Assembly: GCF_000143415.4 (NCBI RefSeq) | Contig: NW_003314294.1 | Location: 982,416-1,046,415 of the forward strand | DNA from: Selaginella moellendorffii | Taxonomy: Eukaryota > Plantae > Lycopodiophyta | Direction: 5' to 3' | DNA length: 64,000 bases | Shown here: piece by piece, positions 22,229 through 35,448 of the stretch | Layout: every line of letters starts with the position of its first letter | How positions within the stretch are numbered: position 1 is the stretch's first letter | Made by a program: the position numbers and the translations under genes | Notes under the pieces: generated by a model | Told to the model about the DNA's origin: nothing | Database searches by the model: none | What the model saw: the letters and a program-made list of their open reading frames with translations, nothing else

Positions 22229-24024
22229 ATGCAGGCTGCTGGGTTGGATCGTGGGCTGGAACCAGCACTAGTGGGCGACGACTTTGGCTTCTTCTCGGGC
22301 GAGTGTGAAGTGGCAGCGGCATTTCACAACCCGTTTGTAGCGGCAGCAGTTGCGCACCGGGATGCTGTTGCTGCTGCAGCTGCTCCTGGTGCTACATTCA
22401 CTACCGTCTTGGCGGCCGCCAAGAGGATAAGGCTGGGTGAGAGGTGCAGGGGGAGCGGCCTCGAGGAGGAGGATAGCGCGCCTGAGAAAACGGTGCGTAG
22501 CTCTTGTCGCTCGGCTCCTCTCCTTTCTCCTTTGCTTTGCTTTGCTTTCCGTCCTCCTTGCTGCTCTCTCCTGGGATGGGATTTGGTTCTTGAGTCCCTC
22601 GCATTAAATTAGTAGCCCTTGAGAGTGACGATTGAGTGGATGGTATTTCTCTTGTGACATGACTTGACTGCTTTCAGAGAAGTCAATCTTGCAGACGAAA
22701 CGCTGTGAAAGAAAAATTAAGGGACCGGTGGAAGGAAGGAATGCTCCCAAGTTTTTGGGACAAGTCCGGTGGTTATGTACTGCCAAAGTACGCTTCCGAG
22801 CCATTCAGTCCGGTGTGCATGCGTTAAGAGTGCCGAAGGTGCTCGTTCTTCGTTTGGGTGATGCGGGGGCTTGTCTTTTTCCAAGAGCTGCTGGGCTTCT
22901 CTAAAGTGCTTTGCTATGGTTTTGGCAGGCTCGGGTCCCTGAACCGGTTCCCTCGAATGATGACGATTGGGACAAGGAGCTAGCGCCGGAAGATCTCGAA
23001 GAGTTTGTACTCTCGGCTTTGTCACCAGAGGCGCTCGACAACGGGAAGCCTGACATCGAAAATGGTATTGGTGCCAAAGGCGATGGAGGAGTTGTTTCGG
23101 CAAAGCCAGGCCTGGACAGGGGGCAGCAAAGTCACAGCCATAGCCAAACTGGCGTCAGCAGCTCTGAGAGGATAAAAGGGAAGGCAGCAGCAGTAGAACC
23201 CGAGCTTTCCGCAGATGCTCTGGTTCTTCAGGAGCTGGAGACGGTTGTCTCGAAGGTACGCCGCTTGCGGCTTTAAAAACCATTGCACATTTTTTTCATC
23301 TATGCCCGATCCTTTTTTACAGCTCGAAAGCCGGAGCAGACTTTGCTTGAGGGACGCGTTCTACAGGCTCGCAGACAATGCCACGCGAAGGACCGGAGTT
23401 CAAGCCGACGCAGCGGAACTCCAGCGCTTGTCGTGGCGCACAGCATCCTTGTCCCTGAGGTACAAACACCAACCCCGTCTCTTTTTTCGTTCTCTCGCAT
23501 TTCCAGTTTCCTGGTACGTAACGCTCGATCGAAAACCAAACAGACAGGAGCTGTCAACTAATACGATTGATCGATCCGTCGCGAGCATGCTCTTCTGCAA
23601 GGAATCTCCCCCTCCACCTCTCCCGCTCCCGGCTCCCTCCTCGCCGCCGCCTCTTCCTCCACTTCCTCCGCGGCCGCGTTCTTCTCCTGGTCATCCTCCT
23701 CGTCCCAAATCATCAGCTTCTTCGAGCAGTAGCATTCCAAAGAAGCAACACCAACACCATCAAGCTCCGCTGGGCAACAACACCAACAAGAAGTTGTCGC
23801 TGGCCCCAGCTCACAAGCATCGTTGTGCTGGATCGACCAGCGTGCTACGAACAGCCACGACATTGCGAGCGACGCCGGCGGCGATCCCAGGAGCTGCCAG
23901 GAACACCAAGAGTTTGATACTACTCCCGCCATCAGCGGCCACCAAGCGAAGATCGCCAAATGCCACTACTACTTTTACTAGTACTAGTACTACTACGACG
24001 ACTAACAAACGAGGCAAGCTCTGA
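22229..24024 (+). CDS. LNK: second LNK-family protein (tandem paralog); exon structure partly uncertain
   Basis: LVLQELETVVSK|LESRSRLCLRDAFYRLADNA and ELSTNTIDRSVASMLFCK, followed by a Pro-rich tail. Confidence 0.72.
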
Positions 24025-25074
24025 GGGTGGCGAAGAAAAAAATAAAACTGCAGACCGAATTTGGGTCGCTTGACTTTGTCAAGTAAAGATGTTTATCGAG
24101 AATATTCTAAATGTTACGAATATGGCCTTTTTCCCCCAAAAATGTAAGTAAAAATACAGCAACCTAATGCCACTGGCCTAAGTGGCACAACCATCTTCTT
24201 CTTTTTCTTCTTCTTCTTCTTGATCACCATCACTTCACTGTTTGTTTGAAGATCTCAAAGCCGTCAGTCCAAGCGAAACGAATAGGTATCCCCGTATGTC
24301 TTCCTTTGTGGAAAGAGAGAATGTAGCATTTTTGCCACCGATTGGATCTGGAGACGCTGCTGGAGCACCAGCTTTAAAACGTCCAAATGCTGCCTCCTAG
24401 ATCACTGTCGGTTCACATTATTTGGATGTCAAGCCTGAGGCACTGCTCTTGAGATCAACAAGCATCTGGTAGGCTTCTACAACAGTTTATGATTGCGAGA
24501 AGAACTGTTTGTGTTGCTCTTTGTAGGACGTATGAGATTCATTCCCTCGGGGCATATGAAAAATAAGTCTTGCCACATCATCTAACTCTTTCCTTGTCTA
24601 TATTCCATCCAGACTTCAACAGCTAGAGCACCTGAAGTAGATCTTCTTGGGGACTTAGTGGCTCTTCTTTCTAGTGGCCAACACGGCCCATTCCAAACGG
24701 GAATTTCGTCGAATGGTTATGCCTTGTGTTACAAGAAAACTAGAATCTTCTATGTTCAGGATCTCATTCACAAGGGTATGGGAAAACGGGTGCTCGAAAA
24801 TCCGGACGCTTGGGCTGATGAAATAGTTTCAGAAGAGTCTTTGCTTATGGACGTCTTATTTATGACACTCCTGCTGCAGGAAAGATCTGGTCGTTTCTTT
24901 TCAGGTTGCACTGATTGCAGAACGGAATGATGGTTTCCTTGTTGATAAGCACAGTATACAGCAAAAAGGCTATCAGTTACATTTGTTCACATAAGAAGAG
25001 TTGAAAATGTGATCTATATAAGAGTTTTAAGTTATCAAAATGACTTTAAAATAATTATGATAAATAATTATGGT

Positions 25075-25235
25075 AGGCTACCCCAAGTTCACAATTATCG
25101 GTGTACCAGATCGAGCAGCATTTGGTGATCCCAAGAGCTACCAAGAACACCAAGAGTTTGATGCTACTCCCGCCAGCCGCGACAAAAGCGAAGAACGCCA
25201 AACGCCACTAAACATCTGTCACAAACAGGCAAGCT
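25075..25235 (+). repeat. degenerate copy of the 3' end of the second LNK gene (~23797-24020)
   Basis: ggtgatcccaagagctaccaagaacaccaagagtttgatgctactcccgcc versus ggcgatcccaggagctgccaggaacaccaagagtttgatactactcccgcc. Confidence 0.8.
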
Positions 25236-25344
25236 ACTCTTCCCGTTTGTGGAACCTGCCGTCTGAAATATTCAATAGAATGTTCCTTTGTTTAAATAAA
25301 TGCTCTTTTTGTTTGGTATATTCTGTTTATGGAGCAAAACGAAT

Positions 25345-27986
25345 ATGCTTGAGCAGAGATGGAGTAGATGCTTTGGGAGAACTACGCGTCGGCTCTTCGA
25401 TGGTGCGCCAAGACCAGGTCGCTCGCCCAGGGAAAACNNNNNNNNNNNNNNNNNNNNNNNNNNNNNNNNNNNNNNNNNNNNNNNNNNNNNNNNNNNNNNN
25501 NNNNNNNNNNNNNNNNNNNNNNNNNNNNNNNNNNNNNNNNNNNNNNNNNNNNNNNNNNNNNNNNNNNNNNNNNNNNNNNNNNNNNNNNNNNNNNNNNGGG
25601 AGCGTATGCCCAGAATGGGGATGTGGGCGGTGCTAGGCGGTGCTTCGAGACAATGCCGGCGAGGTCTAGCGGCTCGTGGCGCGGTTTGCTGTGGGCATTG
25701 GCGCGCAGTGGGCGGGGAGGCGAGGCGATGGAGATGCTCAGTAGGATGGATCAGGAAGGCGTGGATATCCAGCTCGCAGCGCTCGCCGCCGCCGTGAGCG
25801 CCTGTAAGAACCTCCAGCAAGGGATCGCCATTCACGAAGAGATTGCTGCCGGCGGAGTAGAGTGTGAGGCAATTCTTGCAACAGCACTTATAAATATGTT
25901 TGTTAAGTTGCGTTGCTTGCAAAGAGCCAAGGATTTGTTTGAGAGAGTTCGCCCTTCCAGCGCAGTGGCGTGGACAATTCTCATTGTAGCAAATGCCCAA
26001 GAAGGGCATCTTGATCTAGCGCAGCACCTCTTTAGAAACATGCCAGAAAGAACCTTGATCTCATGGACAAGTATGATCACAATACTTGCAAGAGCCTCCC
26101 AAATCCACGAAAGCTGGAGCTACTTCCAAAAACTGCCAAGCCGAAGCGTAGTCTCTTGGAACGCTATAATTGCAGCATTTACCGTAACAGGGCATCCATG
26201 TCGAGCACTAAAATGCTTTGGAGAGATGGACCTTGACGGCGTGGAGATGGATTCCATCACCTTCGTATGCGCCATGTACGCTTGTTCCATCGTGGGCGAG
26301 TTACAAATTTGCAAAATTCTCCATGCCGGGCTCGTGGATCGCAAGATCCTGATCGAGACCGCAGTTGCCAACGCGCTGGTTTCCATGTATGCCAAATGCG
26401 GGGAAATGGCCGCCGCCCAATCGATCCTCGCGGCGATGACTTCTCACAACTCTCACAGCGGCCGCGCCCACAACACCCTCATCGCTGCATTTGCCCAGAG
26501 AGGCCAGATCGAGGAGGCACAGCGCGTCTTCGACCAAATGCCTACCACCGCCATCGACACCGTCTCGTGGAACGCGCTCCTCGCAGCCTACACTCGCGGC
26601 GGGCGGACGATCGAGGCCGCCAGGATCTTCGACGCCATGGCAATGATCCAGTGCAACACCATCACCTGGAACACCATGATCTCGGGCTTCCTGGACAACG
26701 ATGAGCCGCACGCCGCGATCCACGCGCTCCGGAGGATGGATCTCGAGGGCTTCCAGGCGGATCGCGTGAGCCTGATCGCGGGCGTGTACGCGGCGGCCGG
26801 GATTGGTAGCGCCGCCGCCGGCGAGGAGCTCCTCGGTGCCGGGGTGCTCGATCTCGACCGCGACTCCAGTGCCGCAGCGGGCGCGATCCATCTCTATGGC
26901 CGATGCTGCAAGCTGGATCGCGCGCGGGAAATCTTCGCATCGATCGCGCGCCGCGATGCGCTGTGCTGGGACGCGATGGTGAGGAGCTTGGCGCACGCCC
27001 GGGAGCTCGGGCTCGCGCTGGCGGCGCTGGAGAGGATGCCGTACAACGACCTCTACGCGTGGAACGCGGTGGTGGCGGCGCACGCCCAGGCGGGGCTTGT
27101 ACGGCAGGCGGAGGAGCTCTTCGCCGCCATGCAATACCGAAACGCAGTGTCGTGGAACACGATGATCGCTGGCTACGCCCAAAACGGCCACCACTGCCGC
27201 GCTCTCCACCTCTTTCGATCCATGGACCTCGAGGGCGTGCCGCCCACCAAGATCTCCTTCATCTCCTCGATCGATTCATGCGGAGAGGTGGCGGTGGCCG
27301 CGGTGGGGGCGGCGGCGGGGCCGCTCCTCCACGCCGAGATCGCTGGGAAGAGCTTCGAGTGGGACGTGGGCGTGGCCACCGCGGTGATTAGCATGTACGG
27401 CAAGCTCGGCCTCCTGGACCGCTCACTGGCGGTATTCCACGGCATGCCGCGGAGGACCGTGGTTCCGTACAATGCCACCGCCGCGGCGCTGGCCGAGAAT
27501 GGCCGTTCCCGCGACGCGCTGCACTTCCTCCACACGATGCTGCTCGACGCCGTTACACCCAGCGACGTGAGCTTCCTCATCGCCATCGCGGCGTGCAGCC
27601 ACGCCGGGCTGTACGAGGATGGATTGGAGCGCTCGGCTGGGATGAGCCAGGATCACGGGCTTGATCCCAGCTTCGATCACTACCTATGTGTGGTGGATCT
27701 TTTGGGACGGGCGGGGCAGCTGGGCGACGCCGAGGAGCTGCTGTGCGTGATGCCGTACGAGCCCGACGTGGTAGCTTGGACCGCGCTGCTTGCCGCCAGC
27801 GTCAACCACTGTGACGTACACCGCGCGGTGCGTGCCGCCGGGCGGGTGCTCGAGCTCAAGCACGACCCGGCCGCCTATTCTTTGCTCTTGAACATTTGCT
27901 CTCCCAGACTGGAAACCAACTGTCAACATAATCTTGACTTTTCTATCGTCACATATTTGTACAGTGGAGAGAGATACAAACAATAG
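25345..27986 (+). CDS. PLS-class PPR-E protein; 5' part crosses an assembly gap (25438-25597), so the start is uncertain
   Basis: PPR repeats (SWNTMIAGYAQNG, ALVSMYAKCG) and E domain HYLCVVDLLGRAGQLGDAEELLCVMPYEPDVVAWTALL. Confidence 0.87.
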
Positions 27987-29087
27987 TCAACAATCCATCA
28001 AAGAGACTTTTCCACACAACTTGAAAAGGAGCTCTCCTCTTCGCATATGGTGCAGTTGAAGAGTTAGTGTGGCCTTGAAGGAGTCTCTTGCTCTGTTCTT
28101 GTGGTTCTCCTTGCAGGGTAGTATATATATTGTCAAAGATGAATTATCTCAGCAAAACTCTTTGACATTGTTGGGAGCTGGGAGAATGCTTGTGCAAACA
28201 GTGGAGTTTACTTTGATCACCCAACAAAAAGTGTCACTAAGTTTAACACTTGGCCCTGGTGTCAATTGTAAGGTATGTCCCAGAAGGAAATGATGTGCCC
28301 AGCGTGATGGGGTGGTGGGCACAACGAGGCCTCCGATCTCGGTGTGACTCACTGCCAATGTTAAACTGAAGCTCATCGTTTTGGAAATATGCGTTGAAAA
28401 TCCTCTCCACAATGGTATTGCCTCTTAGCACATAGCCGTGAAAGGACAATAATCACGTCAAAACTGCTAGTGAGAAGAGCTCTCAAGTCTTCCTCTGTGC
28501 ACGTATTAGTTCCGGGTGTTCCGGGAGTTCCGGGTGCACGTATTATCTGCACTGCTCGCTTGTCGGGCAAGCTTGTTTGCAACGTCTATGATGTGCCTCA
28601 TGAATTTTGAAACCACTGGCCAGGGTGTTGCTTAGCTTTTGGATGGGACCATGGGAGCAACCGCTTCTACATGGCTCTTGTTGAACCAAGCTGTTAGCAA
28701 CCGTGTAAACCTGGCGAATTACTTGAGGCAGAACCAACGAGGCCAGTTCCCTGGAACGAGCACCAGTGACATTGACGTGACGTATTTTGGATGCGATGGC
28801 GGCTACGATGGTGATTTCAACGTTATTGGCTTCATCGAGAACTGTTGCAGCTGTTTAGACAAGATCCCAATAGCCCAGGCAGGTTAATCGTACGCACGTG
28901 GATAAGAACCTACTAGACGTGGACCAAGTATCAACTACTGTACATGCTGCTGTTCGGCCGCCTACTCGTTTGCTCTTAAACATGTGCTCTAAGAAAGCAA
29001 AAGCCTCTAAACAATCGAGAACCCAAAACAATGCAACGCAATAATTCTTATTTCTTTATTTTATTATTTTAAATATAACTTTGGGGC

Positions 29088-29732
29088 TCAGTTTGCATAG
29101 AGCAGGGCAAGACCAGACTGGAGGATATAAATCACCCCATTAAGTACAAAATAGATGCAGCTGTTAGGACGAACAATAACAATTACATTTTGCACAATTC
29201 TGATACAGCCTTGGATGCTTACAATTATAGTTGCATCAACTCTGATATATCTGAATGGAGACCACACAGGGAAGGCATTCCCGAAATACTTGCATATGAT
29301 GATGATTATTTGCGGGCAAGGGTAGCCACCCGGCACGTAAATCACAATAATCTCAAGGATGATGATGATGGGAAGAAATATTACTTTGAGAAGGGGAACT
29401 TTAACACAAACGTCATTCAGGTTGGTTATAACTTGCTGAAGTGAGCCGTTCACTCTGTTAACCGAATCTGCTGGGACACCAATGTCCTGTTCACCTGAGG
29501 CCTGCTTCAGAGAACGCATTGTACCTTTAAAATCATATGAAACAAAAATTAGTAAAACTCAGTACAAACAGGTTACTAATATATATAGTGAGAGATAGAT
29601 ATATATACCAGAAAGATCTTCACTGAGTGAGAAATCATGCTCTGGAACAGAGACGTCCATGCCAAAAACATTTGTGGATGCTAAGAAGAGGTACAGGAGT
29701 GAGGCAACAATTGCCACATTTAACTTTGCCAT
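29088..29732 (-). CDS. Uncharacterised secreted Ile/Val-rich preproprotein, 186 aa, 2 exons (intron 29525-29608)
   Basis: Exon 1 (124 nt) encodes signal peptide MAKLNVAIVASLLYLFLASTNVFG. A phase-1 GT..AG intron splices in frame into ORF 29088..29519. Confidence 0.75.
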
Positions 29733-30009
29733 TTGATTAATGCAGAAATAGGGGAAATGCACAGGAAAAGTGTGTGTTGTAAGTTTTGAAATGATACATG
29801 TTTAAATACTCAGATAAATTTCACCAAACAGGATAGATTCAAATCGTATCAAATTTGATTGGGAAAGATGGTTGCCAAACACTGAAACTTCAATCGAAAC
29901 AACTTAAGGTTTACGAATATTCTATGATATTTTAAGTTAAGAAACATTGTTATTACTTAAGTAGTTTTATTAGAAGAAATGGAAACCACACAAACAATAT
30001 AAATCGCGA

Positions 30010-31000
30010 TCAAGCTATGGCGAGCAGCAACAACACCACGATCGCCGCTCCAGATCCAAGCGAGGTCATCGATCTATAACCAGCGGAGGTTTCTTGTCCG
30101 GCAACTCCACCAGTGGGCGAGAATGCTTCCTCTGGCGATGGAGATGGAGCAAAAGCCTCGTACTGTGGCTTGATCTCCAGCTCCATCTTGAGCCCCGACT
30201 GGCAATCGTTCCCATTGGCGCTCGTGTAGTAGCGCATTCCCAGAGGTGGCACCACCTTGAGCAAAGTTCTTCCATCGCTTTGCCTCGACGCGAGTCCGAG
30301 CACCGGCACAAAGTAGGACTCGTTACAAAGCTGGTAACCGGGCTCCCAAACTTCCACCACCGAGTGCTGCGAGGCATTGAACAAAAACCCTGGAAAAACC
30401 CCAGATTGTTTCCAAGTCAAAAAAAAATATCTAAACAACTTACTGAAAGAATCCCCAAAGTAGAAGTTTTTGTTGGCAGTCCACTGCGAGTAATCCACAC
30501 CTGGAGCCCATCCTCGATCATCTCCAACCGTGTACTCTGTCGGAGTGTAAACCGGAGGAGACTCGACGCTCACCATAAACTTCTTCCCAGCGTTGCAATT
30601 GTCCTGGACCGAAGAGACGTAATAGTTTTCTCCCACCCATGGCACCACCGTCTCGTTCCATGTCGTGTTTCCTGGATGTGGGAAGATCTTAGGGAAGCGC
30701 AAATCCCACTTGCAGTCATCATAGACAGATTTTGGCACCCGGAGGATGGTATCACTCGCGGAGACTGTGAAGACTGCCAGAGAAAATCGCCCAAGACACC
30801 GGATTTATAAGTTCCTCGCGCTCTATAGAGGTAGAGTTATACTCACTCAGTATGTCACCGGCGTGGAAGACTCTGCCTTGAGACCATTGCGTGAAATTCA
30901 CTCCAGTCGTCCAATCGCCAACGTAGTAATCCGTTCCTTCAGCAGCAGTGCCAAGGATCTGGATCGCGATGCAGCAGCAAGTAATCACAAGAAACTTCAT
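30010..31000 (-). CDS. Phytocyanin/early-nodulin-like protein with two plastocyanin-like domains and probable GPI anchor, 3 exons
   Basis: Signal peptide, YYVGDW...WSQGRVFHAGDIL, a second domain YTVGDDRGWAPGVDYSQWTANKNFYFGD, a Pro/Ser linker and a hydrophobic C-terminus. Confidence 0.85.
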
Positions 31001-34000
31001 CGTGCTCGTGACGAAAAAAAGAAAACGAAAGGGAATAGTCTAATGGAATATGTTCTTGCGGCTCAGTTTGGAACACACATGTAAAGGAAGAACTCGTCTT
31101 CTAGAGCGCTGTGTGACGTGGTCCTCGAATTGAATCGTTTGGGTCTCTAGAAGATGCTGACTTGTTGTCACGGAAATTGCCACGAATAGAAGCTATGCTT
31201 ATTCTGGAAATCTAGAGTAAATGGCTACGCGGTTTCATTATTTATCTAAAAGTTAGTACGAATAACAAAAATGTAGAAAGCCTTTGTTTATTTCCAAAGA
31301 AAAAACTATTTCTCTAATTTTTCATTGTGATTGAGAAGTATGTCTCCTGCTCTATAGCAGCCACCAAACTTTCCACAGCCCCAAGGTATAAGATTTTGTT
31401 GTTTGCCCAAACCTTCAATATATCCTGATGGAGTGTGTGCTTTTATCCAGGGTGCAATAGTCCAAGTTGGCTGCTCCTGAGCTCACCCAGCTCACCAATT
31501 GCAGCCCTAGGGGCCTTTTTGCAGCAAGATTGCTGCCTTGCAGCACCAAGGAGATGCTGAGCACAGCCTCTCTAATGATTCTTTCACTCCAAGTTGGCCG
31601 TGATAAAAATGCCTTTTGACTCTGTCCCACACACTCCTCAGCTTTGGGAAACACTGTTGGTTTGAGGCTGTTTGCAATGCATGTTAAGATTTTCTAACCT
31701 AACTCACCAAAGAAGGTGGCAAGCTCTTTCTTTTGCCAGGATTCTCTCCTTGCCACTCCAATTGTCCATTACACTTGGGTCACTATGTTTCTACAGTTGG
31801 TCACAAGCAACACAAAAATTCCTACATTAGAAAGATGGGATGAGCTCAAAATTCTCTCCACACACTCCAAAATTTCTTCTAACACACTTAAATTGCTACT
31901 CTAAACTTCAAAACACTGTGTCTATAGAAACTTGCAAGTTACTAAGAGATTCCTGATAAAGAGCACTTTTTTTCTTCTAAAGAAGATTGAAATTTATTTG
32001 AAAAGCATGATATATGAAAATTAATCATTTACGTAATTGTCACCGCATTGTGCACTATTATGTAAAGCCATTAAATCTAATTTTTGCTGGCGATATAAAT
32101 GCTTTTAAGCTCATTGGCTTTATTTTTAAGATTAAAAGGTCACAATTGTCCAAAAGAGTGAAGCCTAGTTTCTTTAAGGTTGAAAAAAATGGTTTAAATT
32201 TTTGTCATTGAGTTATTATTTTTTGTTGATATTTGTAACCTAAAATTTAAGAAAATAGTTTTAAGACTTTATGTTTCGTTGTTAGTAGTCATTATATTTA
32301 AAGTCAAAATTAATTTTTTTTAATTGATATTTTTAATTTCTATTTATGACTAAATTTTAAGTAATTTATAATAGTTATAAATAAAAAACTAATATATTTA
32401 GTTATTATGTTTGAATAAATTTTAAGTCATTATTGTGATGATATTTTAAGCTGTTATTAAAGAAAATTTTAGTTGTTTATAGTAAAATGTAAAATAAATA
32501 GCTGATAGTTTAATTTATAACCAATAAATCACAGTTGAAGCTAATATAGAGCTAACAAAATTGCATATCTTGAGCTAACATAGGCCATCAACAAATCATA
32601 CACAATAATCCATAATAAAGTGTCATGGTCAAATATACTAAATGTTGATGTGGCAAATACAAGATTAAGAGTGATACTATACTAAGATAACTTTGAGTGC
32701 TACTAAATAATATAATTTTTCATCACTTATCCTTGTTTGTGATTGTCTTTAGCTTCATTTGGCTAAAGTTTTGTTACTACAACAGTCTTTTTGATCTAGT
32801 TTTTGAGAGGCAAGTCAAGGTGAAACATTCCCATAATAATGCCATTATGGAAAGAAATCAATTCATATTAAAAAACATGAAAGAGAAATTCATATTGTTG
32901 TACCCACCTTACAAGTGAGTTGCAATCGAGTGACTGACACAAACTACCCTTAATCTTAACAATGTCATTTATAATAGTAGCATTAGCCAGTGCTTCATAG
33001 GAAACTCTCTCTTAGGAAAATTTAGCTTTCGATAAAAAAAGAGAGGAAGATATAATGGGAACATAGTCACCTTTAGATCATTATGGAAGCATCATTATGA
33101 TGTTCTTGTTGTCTTCAAACTTCACAATTTGCAACAGATCAATCAGTCATGTATAAAAATTAAATTTTTCCATGGAAGCATCCTTGCAACACTAGGGGAA
33201 AATCACAATTTACAAGTTAGTTTTTCTGTTTTGAGAAATCTAAGAAATCTTCTGCTTGGAGGAAAACTAGAGCCACTGAGAGTGTTAAAAGTATCATACC
33301 TTGAATAGATAAAAGTTTAGACTCAGCCCAATAAAACAAAGAACAACTACTCTTACCATACTCTAATTCTACTATACTCTTACTTGTATCCATTTTATGT
33401 TTGGATGTAGGAGAAGATTGACAATACATAGTAGTGAGTGATGAGAGAAATCAAAGGAAAATTTTCATACTTACCATGAACTCCTTGTAGTGAAAACCAT
33501 GAGAATCACTAAACTCCTTACGTTGCAGGATATTTCTTAAATATCCCAAGATCCTTGGAGTGCAAGAGAGACAATGTAGAGCAATCATGGTTAGCACAAA
33601 ATAAAACTACTTATATTCTAATCCACAACCCAAATAGAATTCATCAAGAGCACCTTCAAGCTTTTAAAATAGGAAAAATGAAAACTCTAAAGTCAAAAAC
33701 AAGCATTAAGACCACTTGCCTTGCCAAATGCTAGTACCTATATCTAAGACTTAGCCATATTTCTGAATAACTGATAAAAATATTTACAAAAACTAAACAA
33801 GTAAAACTATAAGTTCATCATGAATATACCTTCTTGATAATCATGAAAATCCTTTTCTTTCTTAGGTCAAGAAGGCAAACTGAATCAATTGCACAAACAT
33901 GGTTCCTTACCTTAAAGCACAATGTTTGGGATCCAAATTGCACCAGGGCTTTGCTTTGTAATTCAAAGAAAGCTTGGAATAGTAGGAATGTATACCAGAT

Positions 34001-35291
34001 TTGTTTGGAGAGCCTTCATCCAAATAATGACAAATTAATACTGAATTGTATTAAAAATTACTTATGTTATGAAATGATCTATTGTTTGGCTTGATATTCT
34101 AGTAATAACTTGAACATTTAAATTAATTAAAAATGTAGATAAAATAGAAGTACTAACCCCTCTATAAGTAGGTAATAAATTGTCTTCACTCCCATGTAAT
34201 CATTTAAAGAAATAATCAAATGCATTATCATCCTTAATATTATCATTATCACCACCATTACCACCACCCAAATTCATACCACCATCATAGGAATTATAAA
34301 ACTGTATGTTAAAAATAAATCTACATAATTTAATCCCTTTGATATCTTCCACCAGAAATGTATTGAAGGATGTTTACTATAAAGATGAATATAATTTGTG
34401 ATAATCCATATGAGGCAAATATAATTACCTCCACACCTCAAACACCAGCATACAACTTTGATTCCTAAATCCTAGATAAGGAAATATAGCTTCTTATTAG
34501 CTTTAATAAGAATATCCTTTATTACGAAGTTCATAATTGAATTTGTTTTACTGCAACATCTTAATGACTTATATTTTAGTTGCTACTAAGTTGCATTTAA
34601 CTAATGAAATGGTCTAGTTATAAAGAATAAACTGTAAATTGCAACAATAAATTATGATATATATTCTGTTGTAAAGAATAACTCTATTTTCTAACTAAAT
34701 TTTGTATGAATATAAAAAAATTCATAAATTGCAACATAAAATTTGTAACTAAAGCCAATTTGCTACTAATATTTTAAGTAGTTAAAATTTACATAAAATA
34801 ACACAATTGTTTTTGTTAAAATAACATATCTTTATAATGCTATTGTGTAACAATGATCCTTTATTATCCATATTGCAGTTATATTTGACAAACCCTAAAA
34901 AAGAAGAAAAGGTGGTTTAAGCAGGGCCTTGGACTACCTTGAGGGGCACAATGGCATATCTTCACAAACAAAGCCTTCATCAGCATTGTTCATGATTGTC
35001 CAGGACTTTGATTTGACCATTAAGACATCACAAAAACCTAGCACATTGATGCAAAACTCTCATAGCCATGATTGTTTCCTCTAGATCATTAGGGATTTGC
35101 AGAAATTCCAGCCGATTATGGAGCACTACTGCCACACATGCTGGGGTGATTAAGGCAGCGAGCTGAGGAGCTCACCAAGAACATGTTACCCTTCTGACCG
35201 CCAAATGACCTGTTTGTTTAAAAGTTGCATTACTATATTTATTTAAGTTTTCAGTCTAGGCATATTCTAAAATATTCACGGTCAAACGATG

Positions 35292-35448
35292 ATATGCTGC
35301 ACCAAATCCAGCTTCAGAAAACTCCCCACTCCCCATTGCAGTTGCTGAGGGATTCTGTGTACAGTCTATATGAGAGGATTTTTAACACTTGGGCTTATGA
35401 AATCTGTGGTAAAGAACCTGGCCAATATCCAACATATTGTCCTTGTAT
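35292..35448 (-). pseudogene. neprosin (DUF239) C-terminal remnant
   Basis: Reverse strand reads GQYVGYWPGSL and, after a stop and frameshift, ATAMGSGEFSEAGFGAAY. These match the neprosin motifs VGYWP and T.MGSG.F..GF.KA.Y. Confidence 0.7.

Noticed and set aside
24240-24930. Exon-like fragments including ORF 24658..24930
   Set aside because: No recognisable domain, and I cannot build a gene model.
26301-27209. 302-aa antisense ORF within the PPR gene
   Set aside because: GC-rich shadow ORF of the PPR CDS.
29190-29444. Plus-strand Asp-rich ORF
   Set aside because: Antisense mirror of the ATC/ATT-rich Ile gene, which has the signal peptide and splice sites.
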